Below, in pieces: positions 1 through 12,171 of a stretch of DNA of 64,000 nt. The stretch is from Calcarisporiella thermophila CBS 279.70 (lineage: Eukaryota; Fungi; Calcarisporiellomycota), in NCBI RefSeq assembly GCF_041956535.1, contig NW_027192225.1, forward strand, positions 79,307 through 143,306, in the 5' to 3' direction. Below the pieces are notes generated by a model. That model had not been told where the DNA came from. It saw nothing but the letters and a program-made list of their open reading frames with translations, and did not search any database. The translations under genes were made by a program, and so were the position numbers. The stretch's first letter is position 1; every line of letters begins with the position of its first letter.

Positions 1-65
1 CATCCATTCCTATCATTCCTCCCGACTCCCCTCCTTGATATATCCCCCCCTCCCCTTCATATATA

Positions 66-3033
66 ATGACGAGGTCAAATGTATGGCCGTTCTTACTCCT
101 CTGCTTATACCCTCTAGCCGCAAATGCCCAGCAGATGCCGCCATGCGTGGTGGCCATTAACAATGCCCAGCTCTGGTCATTGCAGTCGCGCGCCTCCACG
201 GTACAGGTTCCATTTAGCACGGCCGAGGTCCAATGGAAATCCATGGGCGATCTGCCCCAGGCTATCTCGAATTCCTACTGCGTTGACGCGGGCGACGGAA
301 AGGTATTCATTCTTGGGGGAAGCTATGGCTCGTCGATTGTACTGGATGATCTGAAGTGTAGAGCAGGTAAGTCCCCATCCTAGTGTGCTTTGAAGAAGCC
401 ACAATCCGCAACCGCCATTCCTGACCCGCCTTTTCACTCTAATCCCAGTAGCTTCGGCTTCAAGTTCTTCGGACACAACCTCTTCCTCCTCTTTTGTCCT
501 CTCGGCTGTGTCCAGCAGCACCGAGAGCTCCTCGACCTGGTCCTCCACCACCACCACCACCACCGAAGAGGAGTCGACCGAAACCCAAGCCACAGAGACG
601 ACCAAGGAAACCAAGCCCTGGACCCCACCGCCCACCTCCCAGCCTTCCACTCCTCCTAAGCCGACAGACACTCCAAAGCCATCCCCGAAACCCTCTAACG
701 GCGAGACTACTAAATCGCAAGACAAACCCAACACGTCGAACGAGGAAAAGCCCACGTCGCCCAATGGCGAAAAACCCCCGAGCCCTTCCCCTAGTGCCCC
801 CAAGGGGAATGATGGAGGCCAAGGCCAAGGTCAAGGTACCGGGAACGAGAAACCTAATGGAGTTAACCTCAATCTCAAGCTGCGCAAGCGATCGCACCGC
901 CACCCGCTCGTAAAGCGCCAATCTCAAGTGTCTCTATTCTACTACGACACCACAAAGAACAACCTGTGCCAATCACCCCCCATCACTGGAGAGGGAGTAG
1001 CCACCCTTTTCCCGGCAACCGCAGCGGTCGCGACCATGATCGATGCAAAGAACATGTTCATTGTTGCCGGGTACGACGGCTCCCTCAAAACCCAGACGCT
1101 AGACCTGGCCACCTGGAAGCTCAGCTCTATCCAAGAGTCTGGCCAGAAGCCGGACAAGCTGGCGCCGGGCACCGCGATCGGCGTGTATGACAAGAAGATC
1201 TACCTCTTTGGGGCGTCGGCCTATAGCGACTCCGCCAGCGATAAGTTCTTCTACGTGTATAAATTTGACTTGGATTTGCATGTTTGGACCAAGCTGGCGG
1301 TTCCCGCCAATGGCGTCGACATGACCAAGGTGGTCGGCGCGATGGGCGCAGACAAGAAGATGTATCTTGCCCCGACCCAGGGCAATTCCAGCGCCATCTA
1401 TGTCTTTGATCCGGCGGCGGAGAACCTGACCCCCCTGACCGTGTCCTCGGCCGGGGCAAACTCCTCCCCGGGCGGGGCGGGGCTGTCGAATGCTCGTGCC
1501 GTGGCACTGAACAGGCAGGTGGCCTTTGTCAAGGGCTCGGGCAGCGGCGGAAACCCCGCGGTGTATGCTTTCGATACGGTGAAGGGAGAGTGGACGGCGC
1601 AGCTCAACCCCGGGGACGCATCGGCCCCGCCCAGCAATGGCGCTGGCAATGGCGGCAAGAATGTGGGCGCCATTGCCGGCGGGGTCGTCGGGAGCTTGGT
1701 CGTCATTGGAGTGGCCGTGGGGCTGGTTATCTTTTTCAAGCGCCGCCGGCAGAATTCCGACATCGTGTCGATGGTGCTGCAGGAAAAGACGCCGTTTGGA
1801 CGCGTGTCGCTCCAAGGCACCAACAAGAGCAACCAGGGCAGCACCGTGGGCGATCTCCCGATGATGCTTGAGGAGCGGCCGGAGCACTACGCCATGAATC
1901 TCAGCTCGGGCGGCATGAACCCGCACATGCAGCACCCCGACCCGCTGCAGTACCACTACGCCCAGATCGAGGCCCTGGCCTCCTCCCACCCCTATCAGCC
2001 CCCACCGCAGCAGCAGAGCAACACGCACTTTGACCAGCGCACGGAGCGCAGCAGCAGCGATTCGCGCCGGGGGCGAGTGCTCGCGTCCAGCGAGGAGCTG
2101 TGGGAGAACTACCTGTTCGTGAACACGGTGGACATCGCCGACCAGGCGGCTGCCGCAGCCCTCGACCCCCACGCGCCCTCCGGCACCCTCGCCCTCCACG
2201 ACTACACCCTGGCCGAGCCCGACGAGCCGCTCTGCACCGCCGACGCCTCCCTCCTGCGCAGAGCCCTCTTCCATCGCACCAACGACACCATGTCGCTGCG
2301 CTTCTACCTGCACGAGGAGGCCTTCAGCCGCGAGGTCGCGTTCACCAACTACCTGCGGTCCTCCTTCGTCCTGGGGTCGCGCAATGCCTACCAGGTCCGC
2401 TCGCCCTTCCACATCGACTACCCCTACGTGATGATCACGGAGCAGACGCAGTACCGGCTCGACCACATGATCCGCTCGCGCCCCAGCTTCGACGACGCCA
2501 TGTACTGCCGCCTGGTGGCGCGCGACCTCGCCCAAGTGCTGGCCTTCATGCACGGCAAGGGCGTGGTGCACCTGAGCGTGGAGCCGGCCGCCTTCCTCAG
2601 CGAGGGCTCGGACATGACCAGCTGGAAGATCGGCGGGTTCCAGCGCGCTCGCTTTGTCGGCGAGCCGGTGCCGGACGCGATTGGCGCGGGCTCGTTCGTC
2701 GGCGCGTACTCGGCCCCCGAGCTCTTCCTCTCCACGCCCCAGCAGGCACACCCCAGCATGGACATGTGGGGCCTGGGCGCGCTTCTGTACGAGCTGTGTG
2801 CCCGCCAGCCCCTCTTCGCCTCGGTGGAGGAGGCTCGGGGTGCGCTGCTGCTCGTCGAGGACGACGGCACCGAGGCGCTGAATCGGCACTGGGAGCTCCC
2901 CATGGATCTGGCCAGCGAGTGCGACGAGATGATGCGCGAGGCCATTCTGGGCCTGCTGCGGGTCGATCCTCAGGAGCGGTTCGACGGGGCCAGGGTGCTG
3001 CGGGCCATCGGAAGTGGGTCCCAATGGGATTAG
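66..3033 (+). CDS. Single-pass receptor-like pseudokinase: signal peptide, kelch-like repeats with Ser/Thr/Pro-rich insert, TM helix, degenerate protein-kinase domain (~961 aa, 2 exons)
   Basis: Exon 1 (66-366, signal peptide MTRSNVWPFLLLCLYPLAANA) splices in frame via intron 367-448 (gtaagt...ctaatcccag) to exon 2 (449-3033). Kelch-like motifs: VFILGG, MFIVAGYDG, IYLFGA, VYKFDL..W, VYAFDT..GEW. TM AIAGGVVGSLVVIGVAVGLVIFF followed by KRRR. Kinase-fold motifs HGKGVVH, YSAPE, DMWGLG..LYEL, LLRVDPQER. Confidence 0.85.
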
Positions 3034-3704
3034 ACGCGCCCCCGCTTCGTTTGTATTTCTTCTTCTTCTTCTTCTTCTCTTAGGCTCATAATAATTTTTG
3101 GTTGACTATGGATTTTCCTCTCTTTTCGTTTAATACCTTTTTGTTTGCTACCCTCTTCTCTTCACGCGTCTCGCCTTCTCTCCTCTCCCCTTCCCTCCCC
3201 TCACTTATTTAAAAAAAGTATTTATCCTAATGTTACTATTCCCATTGACTGTGTGCTAGCTGTATTATTCATTTCTCTTTTGCTTTGGACCTATTAATTT
3301 CACCACCTTTCTCTCCTTTGCCCTTCGCTTATATCCCAATAAATTAAATACGAATACCATACAAGATAGATAAGAATACTAGCATTAAAGTAGAATAAAT
3401 AATAACCAGAGTAGAAGAATCGAATGGCGGTGTGGAATGGTTGAGGTGGGGGGGAGGGGGGTCATGGCAGGGGAGGATGGCCCCTCGTATTAGCGGAGAT
3501 AAGTAGAGAAAGGCCCAGCCCCACTGAGAGTGTCCAAGAATAAAATGAAGTAGAGAGAGAGAACAAAAAAAAATAGGTGAGGCAGTATTAAGGAGAGGTT
3601 GAAAACTAAGGAGAGATCGATATTGCATGAATGATGTTTGCCTCAATTATCCACGGATAAACGGGGGGGGGGGGCGCTGTATGGATGTCCCCTCCTCTTC
3701 CTCA

Positions 3705-4658
3705 TTATACGAGCTGTAAATAGTTGCTGGGAGCAATGCCCACGGTTCCGTCCGCCTTTCGAGCCTGCCACCACTTCCCACTGGTGCTCGCGATCTCCAG
3801 TATCTCATCCTTGGCGAAGGAGAGCTCATTGGGGTCCTCCGGGTTGGCCTCGTAGGAGTAGAGCGCCTTAGCCTTGTGCGCGTACTGAGCGTTCGGCGAC
3901 ACAATCACCGTGTTCTGGTCTACCATGGGAGGGACGTGCTCCTCCCCTGCATTGGCAAGCGGCGTAGGGTGCGAGGGGAGCATGGTGGTCACTGAAGTGT
4001 ATGTGTCGCTGGTCCGGTGATTTCCGAAGCTTTGTGAAGGAGTCTTATGCTCGGGCATTTTGGCATTCATGGGCATGCAATAGGGCGAATTAGCATAGTA
4101 AGCCACAATGGTATTTGCATCGCTACCGAACACGATCACCCAAGCGAATTGCACGAGAAGCATGAGGACGCCTCCAGCGGTAATAGCTTGTGCGGGAGGC
4201 CAAGAGATGCGAGCAACGCCACTGACGTAGATGGTCAGGATGGAGATGCTATAGACAAGGAATGCCAGTATCTGGAGTAGCAGAACCGGGTCCACTGTGA
4301 GAGGGGGTGTTTGGAAAACTTTCACAGAACCAGAAGACTCACAGCATGGCGATGGGCTCTAAATTGATCGAATGTAATGGCCAAAAAAATCCCCAGCACC
4401 AAGATTAGTTCGAAAATAGCGGGCCACCAAGTGGAATTGCCGAGAGGGCCAGACGCGCATGTCCCTCCAAAAAAGATAATGGCGCCAATCTATATTATGG
4501 AAGCGCAGAGAATAGGAGTAAGGGGGGGGAGACCGCGAAGAGGAAGAATGGTATGGAAGCAAAGGGATGCAGAAATCATGACAACTTACAGCGTTTATCC
4601 CGAGCGTCACGGCAAGGAATGCGTTGCCGGCAATGTGACCGAAATCGAACGTCGCCAT
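3705..4658 (-). CDS. SHO1: High-osmolarity signalling protein Sho1 (4 TM + C-terminal SH3)
   Basis: Exons 4658-4590, 4489-4343 and 4271-3705 splice in frame. Four hydrophobic segments, then SH3 [27 protein letters not shown]...[21 protein letters not shown]. Confidence 0.93.
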
Positions 4659-5182
4659 CTGCGCAGCCTGAATGCTTTGTTTGATGTTAAGGAATGTCGA
4701 AGGGGGGAGGAGAGGAAGAGGGGGAAAGCGAAGAAAAACGGCGAAGCCATTCTAAATTAATTAAGCTTCGGTGCTATCATTGGATTCGAGGTCTCAGTTT
4801 GTCAGGTTTCGGGATGGCTCACCATTGGAGCGTGGGCGGAGGCCGTGGGAGGGTCCAGGCATCGAGAAGGAAGCGGAGCCTTCGGCCGAAACTTGTCTAA
4901 ATAAATTAGCCTTTTATTTTGCTTGGTCTTGGAGGGGGAGAGAGATCAAGATAAAGCCGTGTTGATGTGGAAAGAAAAAGGATAGAAGAAGCAAATAGAG
5001 CTATCAAAGTAATAATAAGAGTGTAATATATATATATAATATTTATAAACCTAAGAAAGAAGAATAAAAAAAATAGAAAGTATCTACAAGTGATGTGGTG
5101 TTATCGTTTCAAGCAGACCTTACGCCATCATCCGAGAAGATGCGCAGCATGCAAGCTAGCGCCGATTATAGGCGGGATTAGA

Positions 5183-6439
5183 TTAGTTAGGCGGTGGACT
5201 TGGCTGGGAGCCGGCTATCACCGTTTTTGTCACCACGATCCTTTTATGTTTGGGCGAGCCCACTGGTTCGGCCGGCCCTGCTGCAGGTTCGCCAGGTGCA
5301 CCTGAGCCCTCTTGGCCAGCCCCGGGAGCAGGCTGGCCCGAACCACCGGGTGCGGCTTCTTGGCCTTGGCCTTGGCCGCCGCCCATGCCCGCCGCGTCCG
5401 GGCCAGGCGCTGCGGGGTTCTGCTCAGGGCCAGGGGCCGGGGCTCCCTGTCCAGAAGCCTCAGGCGATCCCAACCCAGAGCCGGACGCTTCTGGAGGCGG
5501 AGCTCCCTGTTCCGGCGGTGGCGAGCCGGCCTGAGGGGGCTGGCCGCCTTGGCCAGCTTGTGCGGATGGGTCCGGAGCGCCTAGGCCGGGTATAATCATT
5601 CCCTGGTCAGGAGGCTGTCCCTGGCCGCCAGAGGATCCCTCCGGAGCAGCGGGCTGGGATGGGGGGCTTTGGGCAGACACGTCTGGGGGCGCCTGTTCGG
5701 GAGCTGCAGGCTCTGCGGCGGCGGGAACCATGCCTGCGTCAGGGGCTGCTTGGTCCACTTCCGACGATGAAGCCGAGGCTCCCTTGCCCGAAGTATTGCC
5801 GCAAATAATGTCAATCTGTTGTTGGATGGCAAGGATGGTGGCTTGCTTGATGGCCTCAATTCCATCCAACACGGCTTTGGCCTTGTCGCCGGCTTGTGCT
5901 TTGATGGCCTTTGCCTGAGCATCGAATCCGTCGATCATCACCTTGCGCTGGGTGTCGAGGGCCTGCGCCTGCTTATTTCCGCACACGTTACCGCTGGGGG
6001 GGACGGGGGTGGGGATGACGGGGGGCACCGTCGTATCGGTCGGAGGGGGAGGGACGGTCGTGGGCGGGGGTGGGGGAGGCGTGGGAGGCGTGGGAGGCGT
6101 GGGAGGGGGTGGGATGGTGGTCGGGGGCGGACTCGTCTGTGTTGTAGGGGTGTCCGTGGTTTTCGAGGTCTTCGAGGTCTTCGAGGTCTTCGAGGAGTCT
6201 GAGGTGACAGGGGTGCTGGAGCTTTGCGGAGGGGACGTTGGCCCGCCGCTGGTAACGGGGGAAAGCGGAGCAATGGTGCCTCCGGCTCCCGCGTCTGGCG
6301 GCTGTGGGACCGGAAACCCGCCCAGAATTTCGGTCGGCAAGGGCGCGGGGGCGGCCTCTTGGCGACGGTGGACACGGACAGGATTGGCGAGCACCATGGG
6401 TGCGGCGACCAGCAGCCCGAGAGTTATAAGCTTCATCAT
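5183..6439 (-). CDS. Secreted Pro/Thr/Gly/Gln-rich protein of unknown function (418 aa, intronless)
   Basis: Signal peptide MMKLITLGLLVAAPMVLA and dibasic RR|QE site. PTPP and SKT repeats, a central helical segment bounded by two Cys, and a G/Q/P/A-rich C-terminal half. Confidence 0.75.
   Translation of the reverse strand: MMKLITLGLLVAAPMVLANPVRVHRRQEAAPAPLPTEILGGFPVPQPPDAGAGGTIAPLSPVTSGGPTSPPQSSSTPVTSDSSKTSKTSKTSKTTDTPTTQTSPPPTTIPPPPTPPTPPTPPPPPPTTVPPPPTDTTVPPVIPTPVPPSGNVCGNKQAQALDTQRKVMIDGFDAQAKAIKAQAGDKAKAVLDGIEAIKQATILAIQQQIDIICGNTSGKGASASSSEVDQAAPDAGMVPAAAEPAAPEQAPPDVSAQSPPSQPAAPEGSSGGQGQPPDQGMIIPGLGAPDPSAQAGQGGQPPQAGSPPPEQGAPPPEASGSGLGSPEASGQGAPAPGPEQNPAAPGPDAAGMGGGQGQGQEAAPGGSGQPAPGAGQEGSGAPGEPAAGPAEPVGSPKHKRIVVTKTVIAGSQPSPPPN
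6069..6195. repeat. Coding 9-bp tandem repeats (GTGGGAGGC x3-4; TTCGAGGTC x3)
   Basis: Directly visible. They encode PPT and SKT repeats in the secreted protein. Confidence 0.8.
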
Positions 6440-9095
6440 CGATATCGTTGCGATTATGCCTTCTATGCTTATGGATGGCTCGTCTCGTCTCTACACTCTC
6501 AACCGCAAACAAACAGAGAGAGTCTCGATGCGTAAGAAAAATGCAAAGGAAAGGGAAATTAAACACAGTGGAAGGGGGGTTAAGGCATTTATATTGCCCC
6601 CACCCCCGGCTAAATATATTTATTTTTTTTCGCAGTAAGAGCGTCAACGCCTAACCGAACCACGAACCCTGCAAACCAGAAATTGGGCCCATGATTCAGA
6701 GCTAAGAATACGATGGCCACGAAAGAAAAATCTCTCAAGGGTTGTTTTTTTTCTCGTGCTCCAAGTGGCCTTTCCTGATTTCATTGCGCGCACCAAGTCT
6801 CTTCCCTAATATGCAGAAAATCCATTTAATCAGCTCGCGTTGCCAGGGAATCCCTGTCCTCACCGCGATAAATGATGTCCCATCCTCCTACCATCTCGAG
6901 CTATTTTCAGGTTACGAACTTCACGCTCCTCCACCCTCCATTGGCCTCTTTGCCCGCTCCTCTTCCTTCGAATAAAGTAAAGAGCTGCCGAGCTACAACT
7001 TTACTGTTTCTGGTTCCCAGATCATGTCCTTGTACAGTCTAAAAATAAATACGCGTGTAAAATTATCGACACTCCTAAAGAGCCATTGTAACATTCTCAT
7101 AGGCTCTGTCTTTATTTCTCAGTTTTGCCCAATCTAATAACCACCCAAAGAGAAATCATTAATATGTCGGCGTTGACATTGATATCCGTCGGAGAATTTT
7201 TTGGGGGGAAGATCGAGGTAATGAATTTTCTAGAAGTGTCGTTTCACTTTGTCATCAAGTTTAGCAAGAGAACAGTGGGCTAAAAAAAAAAGAATAATGG
7301 TCTCATAACGCATTTGCCATCCAGTTTATTTTCGCACGCACTTTTGCACAAGGAGGGTTTTCCCTGATACAACTTTAAATATTTTGGGAGCCCTCATTGC
7401 TTGGCAATTGTTCTATTGACTAGCATGATTGTTTGACTGGCACTTCTTTTTTTACAATTAATAAAAAACGGGCCGGACATAAAGCTGGGATCTGAAGCAA
7501 ACATCCTTTCACCAGTCGGGTGAACTGACTTTCTCACCATCTTGTCTATGCCTGCTAATAGTCTGGCTTGGTTCAATGCATAGCGCCGACAAAGACTAGG
7601 TCAGACTAGTCCAAAAATAAAATTAATAATATTGATACTGATGCTGTCTTGATCTTCAAGCGACTTTAGCAGTAGATTAAAAAACACGTTCCCCAAGAAT
7701 GAAACTGATCGCAGAAGACCGAGTTCATTTGTTTATGAACATGAAAGTCAAGCGTTCATTTAATTTAGAGTTAATCCCTTCTTAATGAAGGCGAATAGGA
7801 TGGGGTCGTGGGTCGCGCGTCCTTTCCCGCTCCTTTAAACTCTGTCCGATCCTCTCTTCTATGCTGAGAAAAATAAGGGCCAACTTAAGCTTACGATTCA
7901 AGGGGTTCTTATCCCCTCAATATTGAATCTTGACATTCAAAAATCGACTATCTGATCTCCAATCCCTCTCCCCTGCTTAAGCAGAATCAATATATTTACA
8001 AATTAATTGCAAACATCTAGAAATCGAGCTTTACCAGGCCAAAGCAATTGCGTCTTATATGTCATACATGGTTGCTCCTTGTTTCGCTCCACTGCCGCGT
8101 CAAAGAAGCATGTGTTTAGAGTGAAATCTAAATGCTATCCTTTTATTTTGGCTGAAATTTAGATTTTGTATTCTTTTCTTTCCGACCTCTGTATCCTCTG
8201 AATTGTTTACTGGTAAACGAGAAACATGGTCTATTATCCCGAGCACGGATGCTGTCCTATGCCCCCAAGGCATTGTATAGAGTATAGACTCACAAAAGGT
8301 CTCAAAAGTCAATGAAAAAGGATATGGAGGCTTATTATTGCACGGCTCCTTTTGGAGTGTAGCCTTGGGATCATCTCCAGCGCTAGCCACCCGTCCACGG
8401 CAGCCTGTATTGGCCCTCCTGGTTACGGTATAGTTCGACAAGAGGAGGAGGCCATTGCTGTGCAAGCCTTTAATAAGTGCCTGCACAACCGAGTAACCGC
8501 TCGAGCCATGCTGCTTGCCTACCTATTCGGCCAATCTTTTTCTTGTATTAAATGGGCTTATGACCTGCAATTCGGCCAGGATTTCAGTCCGAGATTGGCA
8601 CCTCTGCAAGCAGAGAAGTTGCGTATTGAGGGTCACTTTGGCTCACCCGTGTCCACTGTGGACACGAACGCGGTGGCACAGTGCCGCATGTCCATGGTTG
8701 GACTTTTTATTTTCCTTTACAGCCTCGAGTTTTTCGCTTTTGATTGCGCTTGTTCAAAAACAGTCAGGAATGAAAATGATTGCCCCAGTTTTATGCACCA
8801 GGACGGGCCTCCAAGTCCCGATTAGCATTATTTAGGTTTTAGGGAGGGGAGGGGAGGGAGTCTGCATACCGCCAAAAATTGGTTGAATGCAGCTGATTAA
8901 GGTCGGTGGCCGAGGCACCCTGTTTCTTGCTGTAAAATCCGAGAATTTGCCACATGCCACGTGAAAAAAGAGACGCAAACATGCAAGCGGACATTTTTCG
9001 TATTGAACAAAAAGTCAGCTCTATTGAAACATAGGGGTGAGGGGACTCCATCGTGGAGATAAGAGATAGAGAGAATCATGTACAGGCACGTGAGT

Positions 9096-10360
9096 TTAGT
9101 CGCTCTCACGGTTCTTCCTTTGAAGGGAAGATGTGAGGGTATAGAAGGTTTCCAGATACGGCAGCTGTATCTCCGGGTCGCGCTGCTTGGCTGCCCTCAA
9201 CATTTCTCCAAAAATGACCTCGGTCTCTAACGGTTTGCCACGCTCGTAATCGAGAACAATGGAGCTTTTGAAGTCATCCTTTACAATGTTGCGGGCCAGC
9301 TCTTTGACGCGATGCATCACTTTAAGTGGGATAGGATGACCGGCGACAACGGATGCGCGGACCCCGTCCTCGACCATGCGGTCCACGAGACGGCAGAGGT
9401 CTGGCGAACTCCAAACGCTCTTGGAATCGATGCCACCGGCGAGGAGCTGCACTCCCGAAAAACTAGCGTTCCTGTTAAATGGGATTCGTGGTTAGCTCGG
9501 AGGCAAACAAAACCCCTCGATCCCTATACTCAGGATAGCCACCAGATGGTTTTCTCCCATCGCGCCGCTTGAATATCTTCCTCGATCTGAGCATCGACCC
9601 CGCCCGCCACCAACAGCTCAACCGTTTCATGCAGCGCCGCCTTCTGCAGGGCGGAATCCATCTCCGGTTGCGGGCACACACCCACCTTGAACTTCTCAGT
9701 ACCCGTCTGCACTATCCCATTATTCTGCTGCGTCGCAGCCACGTAGAGCACAGAAGAGATGATGGGGTTCTTCGGGAAATGCTTCAGGATGGGGGTCTCG
9801 ACGCCTGCCAAACGACAATATGGAGAAAGGTAAATGGGGACAGAAAAGGGGAGGAACAATACTTTGCGGGTTACCTAGCCCATTTTGCGCTAGGACTATC
9901 CTAGTTTTCCCCTCGACCACGGCCGGTTTTATCATGGTAGGAATGCTGTAGACATCGGGGAGGGCCTTTAAAGTGACCAGGATCAAATCGGGCTCGGTAT
10001 CGAGCTCTTTGACGCTCTTCACCACTGGGGGGGGGGGTAGGAACAATGGGTGGTCTGGTAAACTTCACATGCATGCACTCATGGTCATGACAATGCCGCA
10101 CTTACCATTATCGGGTGTCCATTGAGCATCTCCCCACTTTTCCGATTTGATAAGGAATCCCTCTTGCTTTACCTGCCCATAGTTCGACCGACAGACTGTA
10201 GTCACTCGGGCCCCAGCGACGGAAAGCCTCCATGCGTACAAGCCGCCCACTGCACCCGTTCCAACTTCAAAAGAGACAATAATGTAGAATTGGCTCGTGG
10301 AATCAATGCCAATGGATCACAATGGGATGGCTTACCGACAAGAATGTTACGCTGAGTCAT
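9096..10360 (-). CDS. 2-dehydropantoate 2-reductase (ketopantoate reductase, ApbA/PanE family), multi-exon
   Basis: Spliced ILVVGTGAVGGLYAWRL Rossmann motif; DLILVTLKALP, IVLAQNGLG, ARWEKTIWNASF, KSSIVLDYERGKPLETEVIFGE. Confidence 0.9.
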
Positions 10361-12171
10361 TCTACGAGGATGTTGAGTCTTGGGGAAAGTGGAATGCAGC
10401 AGCAATAGACTTGTGTCTGCCTCTGCAATTCTCTGTTCCTCTGGAGTATTTTGTCAGTCTGAGTCAGTGGCAGAACAGGTCGATTTTAAGAGGAGTTTCA
10501 GCCGAGGACCCCACTGTATAATTGACCGATTCGAGCTTTCCCACTGCAGTGTTTCCTCGGTCAATTCGGATTATCTAGAGATGATCGCTATTATCAGTTC
10601 TCAGATGGAAACAGATAGCTTTGTTACTCGAGAAGCATAGCCTGCAAATTCCCCGCCGGTGTCTTCGCTAACCATGAATAAAGGACTCTCGCTTCTCGTA
10701 TCTGACGCTGCCGCACTACTAAAGTTGCGCCTAAGTTGGGATCAGCCCTCTTCCCCCACCCTCACTGAGGGATTGTGGGGGTGAGGCCAAGGACAGCGCG
10801 GTTCAAAAGCGCTTTCTCAAACCCCCCTATCCTGCCAATCCATCGCAAATTGCTCCCAGGCCCATATGGTTTCCACCTGTTCCCCAAGTTTCAACTGCTT
10901 GCTGTCCTCTAGCGTGGGCGTGCCGTGCACGGTTTCATGGATATGAAAACGCTCCTTTTTCGTGGCTCGTACCAGGGCCGGTCCAAAGCGTGGATTCTGT
11001 CTTTGATTCTACACAGGGGTGTGACGCCTATATCGCGGCAGAATCAACCATGTTTTTCTTTGCTCTACTCGCCAGGACGGCCATTTCATCGGGATGGAGG
11101 GGGGATCCATCCCCATCCTCATCCTACTTAGCCATGGCATTCGCGTTACCGCGCGGCCCTTGTCAGGCCCTATACTGCTCTCGAGCCAATAAGGGTCGAA
11201 CCTTCACGTTTCACTCGGTCTCAGACTGGACATTGATCACCAGATCATGGCGTTTCAGAAAAGCATGTGTGTTAGATGAATGGGGGGACAGGATGACAAG
11301 GTGCCCGGTAGCCCAAGCGCCGGCCTGCTCACCCGAGTACTCTGCCCGCTGGCCCGCCAAAGCCTGAGGCCGACGGCCACCACGGCCGGCAGCCCAAACA
11401 CTGGAGCCGGAAATCGAGTGGCAAACTCTATTGGCATGGTTTTTTAATCATCCTACATGGGGGCGAATCAGCGCCTGTCCGTGGCTGAAATCCTGATCTG
11501 AATGGCGATATTTCGAAGGATCTCCGTAAGAAAGTTAGAAACAGCCCTCTTTTTCGTAAAGCGGCATTGGCATGCACGACTCTCGGCTTTCGTGACGGCG
11601 TGAAACAGACTAGGCCTTTTTTTCCCTCTGCCCCTTCTCCCGCCCATTGCCGCCGGCCCCCGTACAGCGGCAAAGCGAGGGCTGCTTCCAATGGTTACCT
11701 AATGATGGTTTGCTTTCGGGTTTCAAGAAAGCTACCTTGGCACGCACGCAGCTGCGGACCAAACCCGAGCAAGCCCATGCATCAGCCGCCCTTCCTCCTG
11801 GGCCAAGGCCGCCGGCGATGAGGACCGTAGGGGCCAGGGGCTAGCCCCGCCGTCGGCTGGAGAGGTGCCCGTGGCTGGCTTCAACTCCAGGGGGGGGGTC
11901 CAAATAAGCAAACTAGAATTTCCGTAGAGCTTCCGGCTCACGGTCCCACTCTGTCAATGTTGTTCCAAGCGGGATTTATTTCATAGATTGCGAGGCCCCC
12001 GTTATACTAGTGTGCGAAAATAGCCTAATAAAAGAAACAGGTTACACGCACTGGTGGCTTAGCCGCTGTTCGAACAACGAAGCGTGGTTTGGTTATTTTT
12101 TTTTTTCGCTTTTTCCATGTTTCCCCACTCTTAAATATCTCTCCTTTTTTTTTTCTCCTCCTTTCCCACTT

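Noticed and set aside
1099-3024. 641-aa antisense ORF over the receptor gene (and similar overlapping ORFs such as 2100-3083)
   Set aside because: Shadow ORFs caused by high GC3 on the coding strand; no domain-like content.
8100-8835. Short ORFs (128-157 aa) in the 6.6-9 kb intergenic gap
   Set aside because: Non-ATG starts, no recognisable motif and no convincing splice structure.
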